From: an uncultured Armatimonadia bacterium
Lineage (GTDB): Bacteria; Armatimonadota; Zipacnadia; Zipacnadales; VGFC01
Reading direction: 5' to 3'
DNA length: 64,000 nt
NCBI GenBank assembly: GCA_964555935.1
Contig: CAZKUN010000002.1
Span: forward strand, 3,775 to 67,774
The position numbers and the translations under genes were made by a program. Positions 1 to 8,509 of this stretch are shown here, in pieces. Every line of letters begins with the position of its first letter. Position 1 is the first letter of the stretch. The notes below the pieces were generated by a model. The model did no database searches and was not told the origin of the DNA. It saw only the letters and a program-made list of their open reading frames with translations.

Positions 1-939
1 AAGTGGCTGGTCCTCGGCTTCATCGCCTTCCTGGCCGGCGTGGTTGGTGGAGGCGGTGGAGGCGGGGGTGGCGGCAACCCGGGCGCCACCGGCAGCGGCG
101 GTCCCGGCGGGCCGAACTTCGGCCCAATTGCCAACTGGTACCAGGCCCACACGGCGGAGTTCTGGCTGGGCGCGGGCGTGGTCGCTTTGGCGGGGATCAT
201 CTTCGTGCTGATTATGCTCTACGTCAGCAGCGTCTTCCGCTTCATCTTCCTCGACTCGGTCATCACCGGCGAGCCGCGAGTGAAGGAGGGGTGGCGCGAG
301 AACCGGAGTCAGGGCGCCTCGTACATGCTCTGGCGGATCGCCTTTGGGCTAGGGGCGCTACTCGCCGTGGGCATCGTCGTCGGAATCCCCGGCCTGATCA
401 TCTACAGCGCCGTCGCCGGCGGGATGGATGCCGGGGCCACGGTCGGCCTTATCTTCGGCATCGTGTTGGGAGTGCTGATGCTGCTACTTTGCATGTTGAC
501 CTTGGGCATCGTCGACGGCATCGCGCGCGACTTCGTCGTGCCGATCATGTATCTCAAGCGCATCGGCGCGATGGAGGCCTGGCGGCGCGTCTGGCCAATC
601 GTGTGCGGGAATAAATTGGGCTTCGTCCTGTACTTCCTGCTCAAGATGGCCTGCGCGATGGGCGCCGCGATCGTCAGCTTCTTCGCCGTCTTGCTGTCGC
701 TGATGGTCGCAGCGATACCGGTCGCGCTTCTCGGCCTGCTCGGCTGGGCACTGGTCGCGGCGCTGGGGATCACGACGTGGAGCTGGTGGTATCTGGCGAT
801 CCTCATTCCCACCGGCATAGGCGTCGTGCTGCTGTTCAGCTATCTGGTGACATGCGTGCTGCTGCCGATCCCGGTGTACTTCCAGAGCTACGCGCTGAAG
901 TATCTCAGCTACGTAGAGCCGGAGGCGGCGACGATCTAA
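1..939 (+). CDS. Integral membrane protein with Gly-rich N-proximal tract (5' partial, continues upstream of window)
   Basis: Frame 1 is open from base 1 to TAA at 937-939. A (GGN)n tract at about 40-75 encodes Gly10. It has at least six hydrophobic helices (GAGVVALAGIIFVLIMLYV, GLGALLAVGIVVGIPGLIIY, IVLGVLMLLLCMLTLGIV and others). The overlapping Arg-rich ORF 3..614 looks like a GC artefact. Confidence 0.55.
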   Translation, partial: KWLVLGFIAFLAGVVGGGGGGGGGGNPGATGSGGPGGPNFGPIANWYQAHTAEFWLGAGVVALAGIIFVLIMLYVSSVFRFIFLDSVITGEPRVKEGWRENRSQGASYMLWRIAFGLGALLAVGIVVGIPGLIIYSAVAGGMDAGATVGLIFGIVLGVLMLLLCMLTLGIVDGIARDFVVPIMYLKRIGAMEAWRRVWPIVCGNKLGFVLYFLLKMACAMGAAIVSFFAVLLSLMVAAIPVALLGLLGWALVAALGITTWSWWYLAILIPTGIGVVLLFSYLVTCVLLPIPVYFQSYALKYLSYVEPEAATI

Positions 940-1024
940 CAACGACTACTACTGCTCGATCAGGGAGCCGCATGGGGCCCGGGTTTGCTCGACCCGGGCC
1001 CCGCTTATGTTCTGCCGGGGAACG

Positions 1025-2044
1025 CTACTCGATGGGTATGGTGATCTCCCGGCCGCTATCGGCCGACAGCAACCCGGCCTCGAGGATCTCCTGGGCGTTG
1101 CGGCTGACGACTGCGTTACACGTGCCCATGACTTCCTCGCCCGTCTCGATGCAGTGGATGAGGTGCTCGGGTCCGTTGCTGTAGCCCTCCGCCATCTCGT
1201 CCGGCTCGATGGTCTTCTCTTCGGGCTCCGCGACGGTGCGGATGACGATCCTGCCTTCATCGATGCCGATCATACCCTCTTTGCCATAGGCGATCGGATT
1301 CGGGCCCTCGGTCTTGACGCGCTGGGTCCAGCAAGCCTCGGCGACGCCAAAGGCGTTGTCGTACTTCATCAGGACCATCCCGTTGTCGTCTGGGATCGGG
1401 TAGTCCTTGACGAGCGTCGAGCGGATTCCGACGCATGAGTTCGGACGGCCGAAGAAGTAGGCGTTCATCGCCGCGCTGTAGCAGCAGTAGTCCATGTACG
1501 CGCCCGCGCCATTCAACTCCTCATTGTGGAGCCAGCCCCAGAAGTAATCGGAGCATCCAATCTCCTTCGGGCCGTTGTGAGCCGAGCGGTACTTGTAGTA
1601 GAAGAGATCGCCAACCGCGCCCTCGTCGATGAGCCGCGCCATCGTCTGGAAGGCCGGGTTCCACTGCGTCGGCCAGTTGACCATCAGGACGATGTTGTTG
1701 TCCTGGGCCGCCTTGAGCATGCGATCCGCCTGCGCCAGCTTCGCGGCCATCGGCTTCTCGATGACGATGTGGATCCCCTTGGACGCGGCGTAGACCACGA
1801 TGTCATCGGCCGTCGCGTTCTCCGTCGCCACCTGGAGGATATCGAGATTCTCGGCGTCGATCATCTCCTTGGCGCATGAGTACAGCGACTCCACCCCGTG
1901 CTCTTCCTTGATCTTGTCCAGCAGCGGTTGGTTCGGATCCGCCGCCGCGACGATTCCCACATTGGGCATCCGGCTGAAGTGTCCCAGCTCTCCCCAGACG
2001 TGGTCGTGGACCATCCCGGCAACGCCAACTCTGTAAGTCTTCAT
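1025..2044 (-). CDS. Gfo/Idh/MocA family NAD(P)-dependent oxidoreductase
   Basis: 339 aa with an N-terminal Rossmann segment (YRVGVAGMVHDHVW) and an EKPMA motif typical of the family. An AAGGATGG Shine-Dalgarno (SD) sits upstream of the ATG at 2042-2044. Confidence 0.8.
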   Translation of the reverse strand: MKTYRVGVAGMVHDHVWGELGHFSRMPNVGIVAAADPNQPLLDKIKEEHGVESLYSCAKEMIDAENLDILQVATENATADDIVVYAASKGIHIVIEKPMAAKLAQADRMLKAAQDNNIVLMVNWPTQWNPAFQTMARLIDEGAVGDLFYYKYRSAHNGPKEIGCSDYFWGWLHNEELNGAGAYMDYCCYSAAMNAYFFGRPNSCVGIRSTLVKDYPIPDDNGMVLMKYDNAFGVAEACWTQRVKTEGPNPIAYGKEGMIGIDEGRIVIRTVAEPEEKTIEPDEMAEGYSNGPEHLIHCIETGEEVMGTCNAVVSRNAQEILEAGLLSADSGREITIPIE

Positions 2045-2135
2045 CGCGTCAGCACCATCCTTTGCGTTATCCCAGTATCAGGGGAACCCGTCCCCTCAAA
2101 GAACATTCCAACTGTCGAGCCAGACCGCCCGCGCC

Positions 2136-2738
2136 TCACCCCATATGCGGCCGCAGGATCACCAGCGCCATCAGAAGAGCCAGACCGGCTGTGACCCGTA
2201 GCTGCCGATTGCGGTGCAGAGCGACCCATGACCAACTCAGGCAATTGCTCCCGCGTGCCGGCCAGCGGGGGAGCCAGCGATTCACGCGCCGGCAGTAATC
2301 CACGTACTCTTCACCGATTTCCTCGGTGATCCTCGGCTCTTCGCGGAGAACGCGGGCATGAACGTAAATGACGTACACCAAGACGAATACGGGGAGCACG
2401 TACCAGCGGAAGCTCGGGACAAGCGATAGCCCCAGCCCCACGATGAAGCGGCCGATGTACATTGGGTTGCGCACGCAAGCGTACGGGCCGGATTCTGCCA
2501 CCGCGAAGACCTCATTCTCCTCCTGAGGCCCGGATATCTTGCCCAGGTTCGCCGCGGCCCAGAGCTGCCCGAACTCGCCGACCACCAACAGGATCGCCAC
2601 CGGCACGATCGGCACGTCCGCGGCGCAGTAGACCACCAAAGCCACCCCAACGACGGCGGCCACTATGCGGACTTTGACGAACCCAGCGTGTAGCCACCGC
2701 ATGCGCTCGTCGTTCAGCCAAGGTTGCTTACTACCCAT
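2136..2738 (-). CDS. Isoprenylcysteine carboxyl methyltransferase (ICMT)/phospholipid methyltransferase family membrane protein
   Basis: RNPMYIGRF motif, a C-terminal EEPRITEEIGEEYVDYC region and several TM helices. The ATG at 2736-2738 follows the sulfatase stop (2731-2733) by 2 nt with a GGAGG SD. Alternative in-frame starts lie at 2762 and 2702. Confidence 0.6.
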   Translation of the reverse strand: MGSKQPWLNDERMRWLHAGFVKVRIVAAVVGVALVVYCAADVPIVPVAILLVVGEFGQLWAAANLGKISGPQEENEVFAVAESGPYACVRNPMYIGRFIVGLGLSLVPSFRWYVLPVFVLVYVIYVHARVLREEPRITEEIGEEYVDYCRRVNRWLPRWPARGSNCLSWSWVALHRNRQLRVTAGLALLMALVILRPHMG

Positions 2739-4179
2739 GCCGCGCCTCCAGGGCCTCGGCACAGTCCTCCCGGCCGGTCGCGCGCAAGCGCTCGCAGTAC
2801 GACGTCAGCTCGCCGCGCGTGTGCAACGGCCCGCCCTCGCGCATGGTCGTCCAGAGCGGATCGATGGCATCGTCGGAGGTGGCCATCATGTCGCCGTGCC
2901 ATTGCTCGAGCGCCGCCATGCCCTGCGCGACGAGTTCGGGGCGCTCGTCGGCGAGGTTGTGGGTCTCGTGTGGGTCGTTGATGACATCAAACAGCATGAT
3001 CTCCGGGTAGTCTTTCAGACCGTCGTGGTAGGTCCGGATGAGAATGTAGTCGCCCCACCGCGCGGCGCGCTGGCAACTCCAGGCGCATTGGCTAACGACA
3101 AGGTAATCGCGACCGCAATCTTGGCCGGCACGGAAGGCGTCCGCGAAGCTCTGGCCGTCCCAGCGGGCCGGAACGCGTCCACCAAGGAGTTCGACACTGG
3201 TTGCCGCCAAGTCGACCTGATAGAGCAGTCCGTCGTCGACGCGCGGCTCGGCAATGCCGGGCCACCGGACGATCATCGGCACGCGGCAGGTGACGTTGTC
3301 GGCAGTCTGGTGGTCGCCATACACGTTCAGCTCGCCCTGGTTCTCGCCGTGGTCGGAACTCACGATGATGACCAGATCGTCGAGCACGCCCTGGTTCTCG
3401 AACGCCTCGAGGAGGCGGCCGATGTGGTCGTCCATGTACTTGATGCCGACATCATAGCCGTCGATCCAGCGGACGTAGTCCTCGCGATTGCGGATCTCGT
3501 CGGGGATGCGCGGCCACTTGCTCATGTCCTCGCGGCCGTACCCACCGGGCTCGTGCGCGCTGTGCGGACCGTAACTGCGGTAGTCGCGCTGGATGGTCTC
3601 CTCATCCGGGAACGGGCGTGCCGGCTGATCCGCAAACGGATTGCCGTATTCCTCAGGCGTTCGGTACGGCGTGTGCGGATCCCAGTAGTTAACCTGCAGG
3701 AACCAGTCGTCGCGGTCGGCATTTCGGTCGATCCAGTCGAGCGCGACGGGCGTGACGTCATCGGCGATCTCAAGGCCGCCCTTGCCGGTATTGTACTGCT
3801 CGCGGAAGCCGGCGCAGAAGTGCCAGGAACTGTGGCGCTCGGCGAAGGGGCTGATGGATACGGGGTAGATACCGTCCCGGTTGAGGCATCCCATCCAAGG
3901 CAGGCGATCGGGTGAGTTGCGGAAGCCGCGGTTCGTCCCTTCGAGCTTGATATCGGCCGACGTGCCTCCATGGTTGACGGCGCCGTTGTGGATCCCGAGC
4001 CGGCCCGAGTAGAAAGCTGAGCGAGACGGCAAGCATGGGACGTCAGAGGCGTAGCAGTTGTTGAAGCGCACGCCCTGCGAGGCGATCCAGTCGATGTTGG
4101 GCGAAGTCTCCCGGTGGTATCCGTAGCAGCTCAAGTGGTCTGGGCGCAGCGTATCAAGGTCCAGATACAGAATTCGCAT
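2731..4179 (-). CDS. Sulfatase (formylglycine-dependent arylsulfatase family)
   Basis: 482 aa with the C-x-P-x-R signature CLPSRSAFYSGR and an N-terminal LDLDTLRPDHLSCYGY. No signal peptide is evident. Confidence 0.85.
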   Translation of the reverse strand: MRILYLDLDTLRPDHLSCYGYHRETSPNIDWIASQGVRFNNCYASDVPCLPSRSAFYSGRLGIHNGAVNHGGTSADIKLEGTNRGFRNSPDRLPWMGCLNRDGIYPVSISPFAERHSSWHFCAGFREQYNTGKGGLEIADDVTPVALDWIDRNADRDDWFLQVNYWDPHTPYRTPEEYGNPFADQPARPFPDEETIQRDYRSYGPHSAHEPGGYGREDMSKWPRIPDEIRNREDYVRWIDGYDVGIKYMDDHIGRLLEAFENQGVLDDLVIIVSSDHGENQGELNVYGDHQTADNVTCRVPMIVRWPGIAEPRVDDGLLYQVDLAATSVELLGGRVPARWDGQSFADAFRAGQDCGRDYLVVSQCAWSCQRAARWGDYILIRTYHDGLKDYPEIMLFDVINDPHETHNLADERPELVAQGMAALEQWHGDMMATSDDAIDPLWTTMREGGPLHTRGELTSYCERLRATGREDCAEALEARHG

Positions 4180-4289
4180 ATTCCCTCCGTGCGGGACGCA
4201 TCAGGCTAGGGCGGCGTTTCGTGACGGGAGGATGGGCTACCTCCAAGTGGAGGCCTGATGCTTCGAGGGACGCTGGCACGGGAAGGACT

Positions 4290-4420
4290 CATCAGGTGAG
4301 AACGCGGACACCTGCGCGGAGGTGTTGGTTTGTCGTCACGTGACGACAAACGACCGCGGCAGGTCCGCCGAACCCTCGGGAAGGGCTCGTTAGGTGAGAA
4401 TGCAGACATCTGCGCGCAAA
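4290..4420. repeat. Two ~29-bp imperfect direct repeats (TYAGGTGAGAAYGCRGACAYCTGCGCG) about 100 bp apart
   Basis: Copies at about 4290-4320 and about 4388-4420 match at 23 of 29 positions. Each copy contains AGGTG/CACCT inverted half-sites. They lie in the divergent sulfatase/trxA intergenic region. Confidence 0.5.
4328..4351. promoter_or_regulatory. Perfect 24-bp palindrome GTTTGTCGTCAC|GTGACGACAAAC, a candidate operator
   Basis: Exact 12+12 inverted repeat read directly from the sequence. It sits between the two direct repeats, about 220 bp upstream of trxA and about 150 bp upstream of the sulfatase start. Confidence 0.45.
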
Positions 4421-4571
4421 CGCCGGCATGCGGAGCCTGGGAGGAAGACCAGTCAGGTGCAGCGAAGGAGAGGGCATGAGGCGCGCGGGTTCCGGAACTT
4501 GCCGGGTGCGCGGGGCTGTTGTGAGGGTGCGAGTGAGCCCAATTGTAGGATGCTTAAGGAGGCGGAATAGA

Positions 4572-4898
4572 ATGGCCGATGTATTGGAAGTGACCGACGA
4601 AACGTTCGAGGCGGAAGTAAAGCAGGCAGACCTGCCCGTCCTCGTTGACTTCTGGGCCCCCTGGTGTGGTCCCTGTCGCATGGTGGCGCCGACGGTAGAA
4701 GCCCTCGCGACGAAGTACGAGGGTAAGGTCAAGTTCGTAAAGATCAACGTCGACGACTCTCCGGGGACCGCGACTGAGTTCAAGATCCGGTCGATCCCGA
4801 CCCTGGCAATCCTCAAGGGTGGGAAGGTCGAGGAGCAGGTGATCGGCGTCCAGACCGAGGATCAGCTCTCGGAACTGCTGGACGGCATAATCGGCTGA
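4572..4898 (+). CDS. trxA: Thioredoxin
   Basis: 108 aa with a WCGPC active site (FWAPWCGPCRMVAP). An AGGAGG SD lies 9 nt upstream of the ATG at 4572. The long upstream extension in the ORF track (from 4428) was rejected. Confidence 0.9.
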   Translation: MADVLEVTDETFEAEVKQADLPVLVDFWAPWCGPCRMVAPTVEALATKYEGKVKFVKINVDDSPGTATEFKIRSIPTLAILKGGKVEEQVIGVQTEDQLSELLDGIIG

Positions 4899-5048
4899 CG
4901 GCGCGGGGCACTCGCGTTAGGAAATGGCGGTGGGGGTGTGGGAAGTTCACGGAAACGGTCACGAGGCGAGGACTCCCGGTTGGGGTTCTCGCCTTGTCGC
5001 GTTTGCTGGTAGACGCAATCATCTCCGGGGATGAAATGAGGGTGTGCA

Positions 5049-6686
5049 ATGGAGCGGCAAGTGCGCGTTGGGATGGCGGCGCTGGTTGCGATGTGGGTCG
5101 TGGCGGCGAGCGTGGCCGTGAACGCGGATGTCTATTGGCTCGAACGGTTCAACGCCAGCGCGGTTGACCTTGGCGTGTGGGACGAGATGAACAAGCCGGA
5201 CTGGGGCGCTGGGCGCGTCAGAGTCCTCAACGGTTACGCCAGGTTCGAAGGCGAGCCCGGCAAGCGCCTGCACTACCCTACCCTAATCACCAAGGCGTCC
5301 CCATTCCCGGCCGCCGGCGATTGGCTGCTTCAGTACAGAATGGGCTGGCACACGCCGGTAACGGCTTACGGCAACGGCCTGATGGCGTCGGAGGGGCTCC
5401 AGGGCACCGACTGGCATGTCGTCCGCGTGGCGCAAACGTGGCGCGATACATCGGGGCTGCGGATGTTCGGTCAGGCTTGGAGCCACCTGTGGGGCGAGCC
5501 GGGATCGAGCACGGAGTGGCACGTCTGCTCCGTCAGAAAGGCCGGCGCCCAATACTCCTACTACGTTGACGGCCAACTCGTCGGAACCGAGCCCGCTACC
5601 CGGACCCCGAATCTGATCGTCCTGGGTAACGCCGGGGGCATGGCGAGTGACTGGAGCGACTTCAAAGTCGACTACGTGACGATCCTCGCTCCCGGCGCCC
5701 CGACTCTGGAATGGACGACCGGCGTTGGATTTGCCGCTGATGGGGTCAGCCCTGAAGGTGGACACGAAGGAGATTCCTTCGAGTTCAGGGCCCGTTACGT
5801 GGATTTGGACGGGGACCGGCCTGACCGGGGCGTCCGCCTGCGCCTGTTTAGGAATGGCGTGGAGGTCGGCAACAGCCCGTTCGGCACGACTCGCGTCGGT
5901 GGCGACATCAATGGCGACGGCCTGGTCTACTCGCGGACGCGACCGCTGTCGGCGGGGCGCTACACATACTCCTTCGAGGCGACCGGCAACGGCGAACCCG
6001 CGACAGGGCCGGCATCCCTGCTGAACCCGGGACCCGTTGTCACCAGCCCGCCCAAGCTGTATGCCCCGAAGTTCTCGCCGGCGGCGGGCGGCGCGGCCAC
6101 GAAGTACCGGTTCCGCGTGAGGTACCGCACCTCTGACGGGCTGCCCGCCCAGTGGGTACAACTACAGCTCCGCGTCCAGACGCCCACCTCGGGATGGACG
6201 ACCCACGTATACCGCAAATATGATAGGGCGGCTGGCACGTTGGCCCACTGGACACTGCGCCTCGGACAACTCTACCCCGACGCCACCGCATTCCGCCACC
6301 GGTACCGGGCGTATAAGGTGGTTGGCCCGATCAGGGACCTGGCCACGACCGCCTGGACCAATGGCCCAACGGTTAACTCCTCGACAAGCGCGCCACTGAC
6401 GATGACATCGGCGGCAGCACAGGCCACCAACGGTGGAGGCGCTGAGATCATGTTCCGGCTGTCGGCGCCAGGAGGCGTGACCGCGACCGTGCTCAACGTT
6501 GCCGGGCGCGAGGTGCGGACGCTGTCGACGGTCGATGCGGAGGCTGGCTTGCAGCGGGTGCTGTGGGATGGGCGAAGCGATTCCGGCCTCGGAGTACCGG
6601 CCGGGAGGTATGTCGTTCGCATCGAGGCGCGAAGCGAATCCGGCGAATTGGCCCGTGCCATGACGGCGTTGTCAATCCGGCGCTGA
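5049..6686 (+). CDS. Secreted hypothetical protein with C-terminal FlgD-Ig-like beta-sandwich domain
   Basis: Signal peptide MAALVAMWVVAASVAVNA with a GAGGG SD. The C-terminus (TATVLNVAGREVRTLSTVDAEAGLQRVLWDGRSDSGLGVPAGRYVVRIEARS) resembles FlgD-Ig/por-secretion-like sorting domains. The central function was not recognised. Confidence 0.6.
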   Translation: MERQVRVGMAALVAMWVVAASVAVNADVYWLERFNASAVDLGVWDEMNKPDWGAGRVRVLNGYARFEGEPGKRLHYPTLITKASPFPAAGDWLLQYRMGWHTPVTAYGNGLMASEGLQGTDWHVVRVAQTWRDTSGLRMFGQAWSHLWGEPGSSTEWHVCSVRKAGAQYSYYVDGQLVGTEPATRTPNLIVLGNAGGMASDWSDFKVDYVTILAPGAPTLEWTTGVGFAADGVSPEGGHEGDSFEFRARYVDLDGDRPDRGVRLRLFRNGVEVGNSPFGTTRVGGDINGDGLVYSRTRPLSAGRYTYSFEATGNGEPATGPASLLNPGPVVTSPPKLYAPKFSPAAGGAATKYRFRVRYRTSDGLPAQWVQLQLRVQTPTSGWTTHVYRKYDRAAGTLAHWTLRLGQLYPDATAFRHRYRAYKVVGPIRDLATTAWTNGPTVNSSTSAPLTMTSAAAQATNGGGAEIMFRLSAPGGVTATVLNVAGREVRTLSTVDAEAGLQRVLWDGRSDSGLGVPAGRYVVRIEARSESGELARAMTALSIRR

Positions 6687-6721
6687 GGGCGGCGAGCAAG
6701 GCCAAGCGAGGCTGTGAATCT

Positions 6722-7801
6722 GTGCCTGAGATAGACGCCCGGAGAATCGGCCTCGCCCTCGACGTTGCGGGCTGCCCAAACCGATGCCGCCACTGCTGGC
6801 TGACGTGCCACGCGAACCAGCCGATGGACGAGCGCGCGATCCTGGAGGTCGCTGGCGTCTTCAGAGCAGCGCTACGCGTGCGGACCGAGTGCTTCCAGGT
6901 GCTGACCTGGATCCGCGAGCCGGACTTCCACCCCGACTATGCCAGGCTGCGAGAGCTAGAGCGCGAACTGAGCGACGAAGCGGTCGCCGACGACTGGGGA
7001 TTGCTCAGCGTCTGGCGGCTCGCGCGCGACCCACACTACGCTGATTGGGCCAGGGAACACCGCGGCGCTAAGACCTGCCAAATCACCTACTTCGGCACGG
7101 GCGAGACGAACGACTGGTTCTACCGACGCAAGGGCGCGCACGACGACTGCATGGCGGCGACCGAGGCCTGCCTCAGGGCCGGCATCATCCCCCGCTGGCA
7201 GCTCTTCCTCACGAAGAAAATGGTCCCACACCTCGACGAATGGGAGCCTCTGATCCGCGATCTTCGCCTGCGGGAGCGCTGCGAGGAGATCGGCGGCGAG
7301 TTTACCGTCTTCATCCACACCCCATCGCCGGACGGCGAGGCGTTCGGTCTGGAGCGCCTGCGGCCAACGAAGGCTGACATCGAGGCCGTGCCCATGTGCC
7401 TCATGTCTGAGTCGCGCCGCCACCTGCGCTGCGTTGACCCGTTGGGCGAACCGGAGGGGCGGTTGGTGAGGCGCGTGCTGAGCGGAGAACTGGACATCCC
7501 GCCCACACTGCCCCCACAGCTCTGGTTCCAGGTCACCCCTAGCTTCGACGTGTACTCCAACCTCGGCGAGATGTCGCCGCCCTGGCGGCTCGGGAATCTG
7601 CAGATCGACAGCATCACGGATATCATCCGCCGGCTCGAGACCGACTTCCCGCCAGCCTTCCGACCCGCATTCGGCGTACCGACGCCGGAGCTGGCCAGGG
7701 CCTGGGGCCAACCGCGCGGACGCCGCTACTACACGCCCAGCGACCTGCGAGCGCGATGGGTGAAGCAGTGGCGCGAGCCCGAGCCGACGTCAGTCGATTG
7801 A
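6722..7801 (+). CDS. Radical SAM domain protein (unassigned subfamily)
   Basis: CX3CX2C motif GCPNRCRHCW near the N-terminus. I prefer the GTG start at 6722 over the ATG at 6563, which would overlap the upstream gene by 124 nt through an Arg-rich junk-like segment. About 360 aa. Confidence 0.6.
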   Translation: MPEIDARRIGLALDVAGCPNRCRHCWLTCHANQPMDERAILEVAGVFRAALRVRTECFQVLTWIREPDFHPDYARLRELERELSDEAVADDWGLLSVWRLARDPHYADWAREHRGAKTCQITYFGTGETNDWFYRRKGAHDDCMAATEACLRAGIIPRWQLFLTKKMVPHLDEWEPLIRDLRLRERCEEIGGEFTVFIHTPSPDGEAFGLERLRPTKADIEAVPMCLMSESRRHLRCVDPLGEPEGRLVRRVLSGELDIPPTLPPQLWFQVTPSFDVYSNLGEMSPPWRLGNLQIDSITDIIRRLETDFPPAFRPAFGVPTPELARAWGQPRGRRYYTPSDLRARWVKQWREPEPTSVD

Positions 7802-8509
7802 TGAACGCGTGAACTTGGGGTTGTTGCCGGCGATGACAACGGTGATCTCGCCCTTCACCGTGAGGTCCGCAAACTCTTCGGCGAGATCACCGAGGTAACC
7901 GCGGTGGATCTCCTCGAACATCTTGGTCATCTCAACGCACGCGGCCGCCTGACGGTCGCCCAGCACCTCAAGCGCAGCGGCGAGCAGCTTGCCGATGCGG
8001 TAGGGCGATTCGAATAGGACAATCGTGTGGGGCAGGTCGCGCTCCATCTCCAGAAAGCGCGTCCGCGGCCCGCCCTTCTTCGGCGCGAAGCCTTTGAACG
8101 TGTAGCTCGAGGCGGGGAGTCCAGACGCGACGAGAGCCGTCTCGACCGCGCCCGGGCCAGGGATCACCTCAACGCGGTAGCCATCTTCGATGATGCGCGC
8201 GATGGCGCGATAGCCGGGGTCGCTGATCGACGGCGAGCCCGCGTTCGTGCAGAGCCCGACAGACTTGCCCTCAGACAGCAGCGTGGCGATCTTGTCCGCC
8301 ACGCGCTCCTCATTGTGCTCGTGACACGAGAACATCAACCGGGGGACGTCGATCTCGTAGCGCTCGAAGATCCGGCGCGTCCTACGCGTGTCCTCGCAGG
8401 CCAGAGCCTCCAGTTCGCCGAGGATCCGGGCCGCGCGGAAGGTAATATCCTCAAGGTTGCCAATCGGTGTCGAGATGACGTAGAGAGTAGCTTCGGTGGG
8501 CTCGGTCAT
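7790..8509 (-). CDS. rsmI: 16S rRNA (cytidine1402-2'-O)-methyltransferase
   Basis: N-terminal LYVISTPIGNLEDITFRAARIL plus tetrapyrrole-methylase-like fold motifs. 239 aa. Confidence 0.85.
   Translation of the reverse strand: MTEPTEATLYVISTPIGNLEDITFRAARILGELEALACEDTRRTRRIFERYEIDVPRLMFSCHEHNEERVADKIATLLSEGKSVGLCTNAGSPSISDPGYRAIARIIEDGYRVEVIPGPGAVETALVASGLPASSYTFKGFAPKKGGPRTRFLEMERDLPHTIVLFESPYRIGKLLAAALEVLGDRQAAACVEMTKMFEEIHRGYLGDLAEEFADLTVKGEITVVIAGNNPKFTRSSID

Noticed and set aside
3-614. 203-aa Arg-rich ORF at the window start
   Set aside because: Alternate frame of the membrane protein gene (frame 1). It is 30% Arg and has no hydrophobic core.
5283-6161. 292-aa minus-strand ORF
   Set aside because: Antisense to the secreted protein gene 5049..6686, with Arg/Ala/Gly-rich composition.
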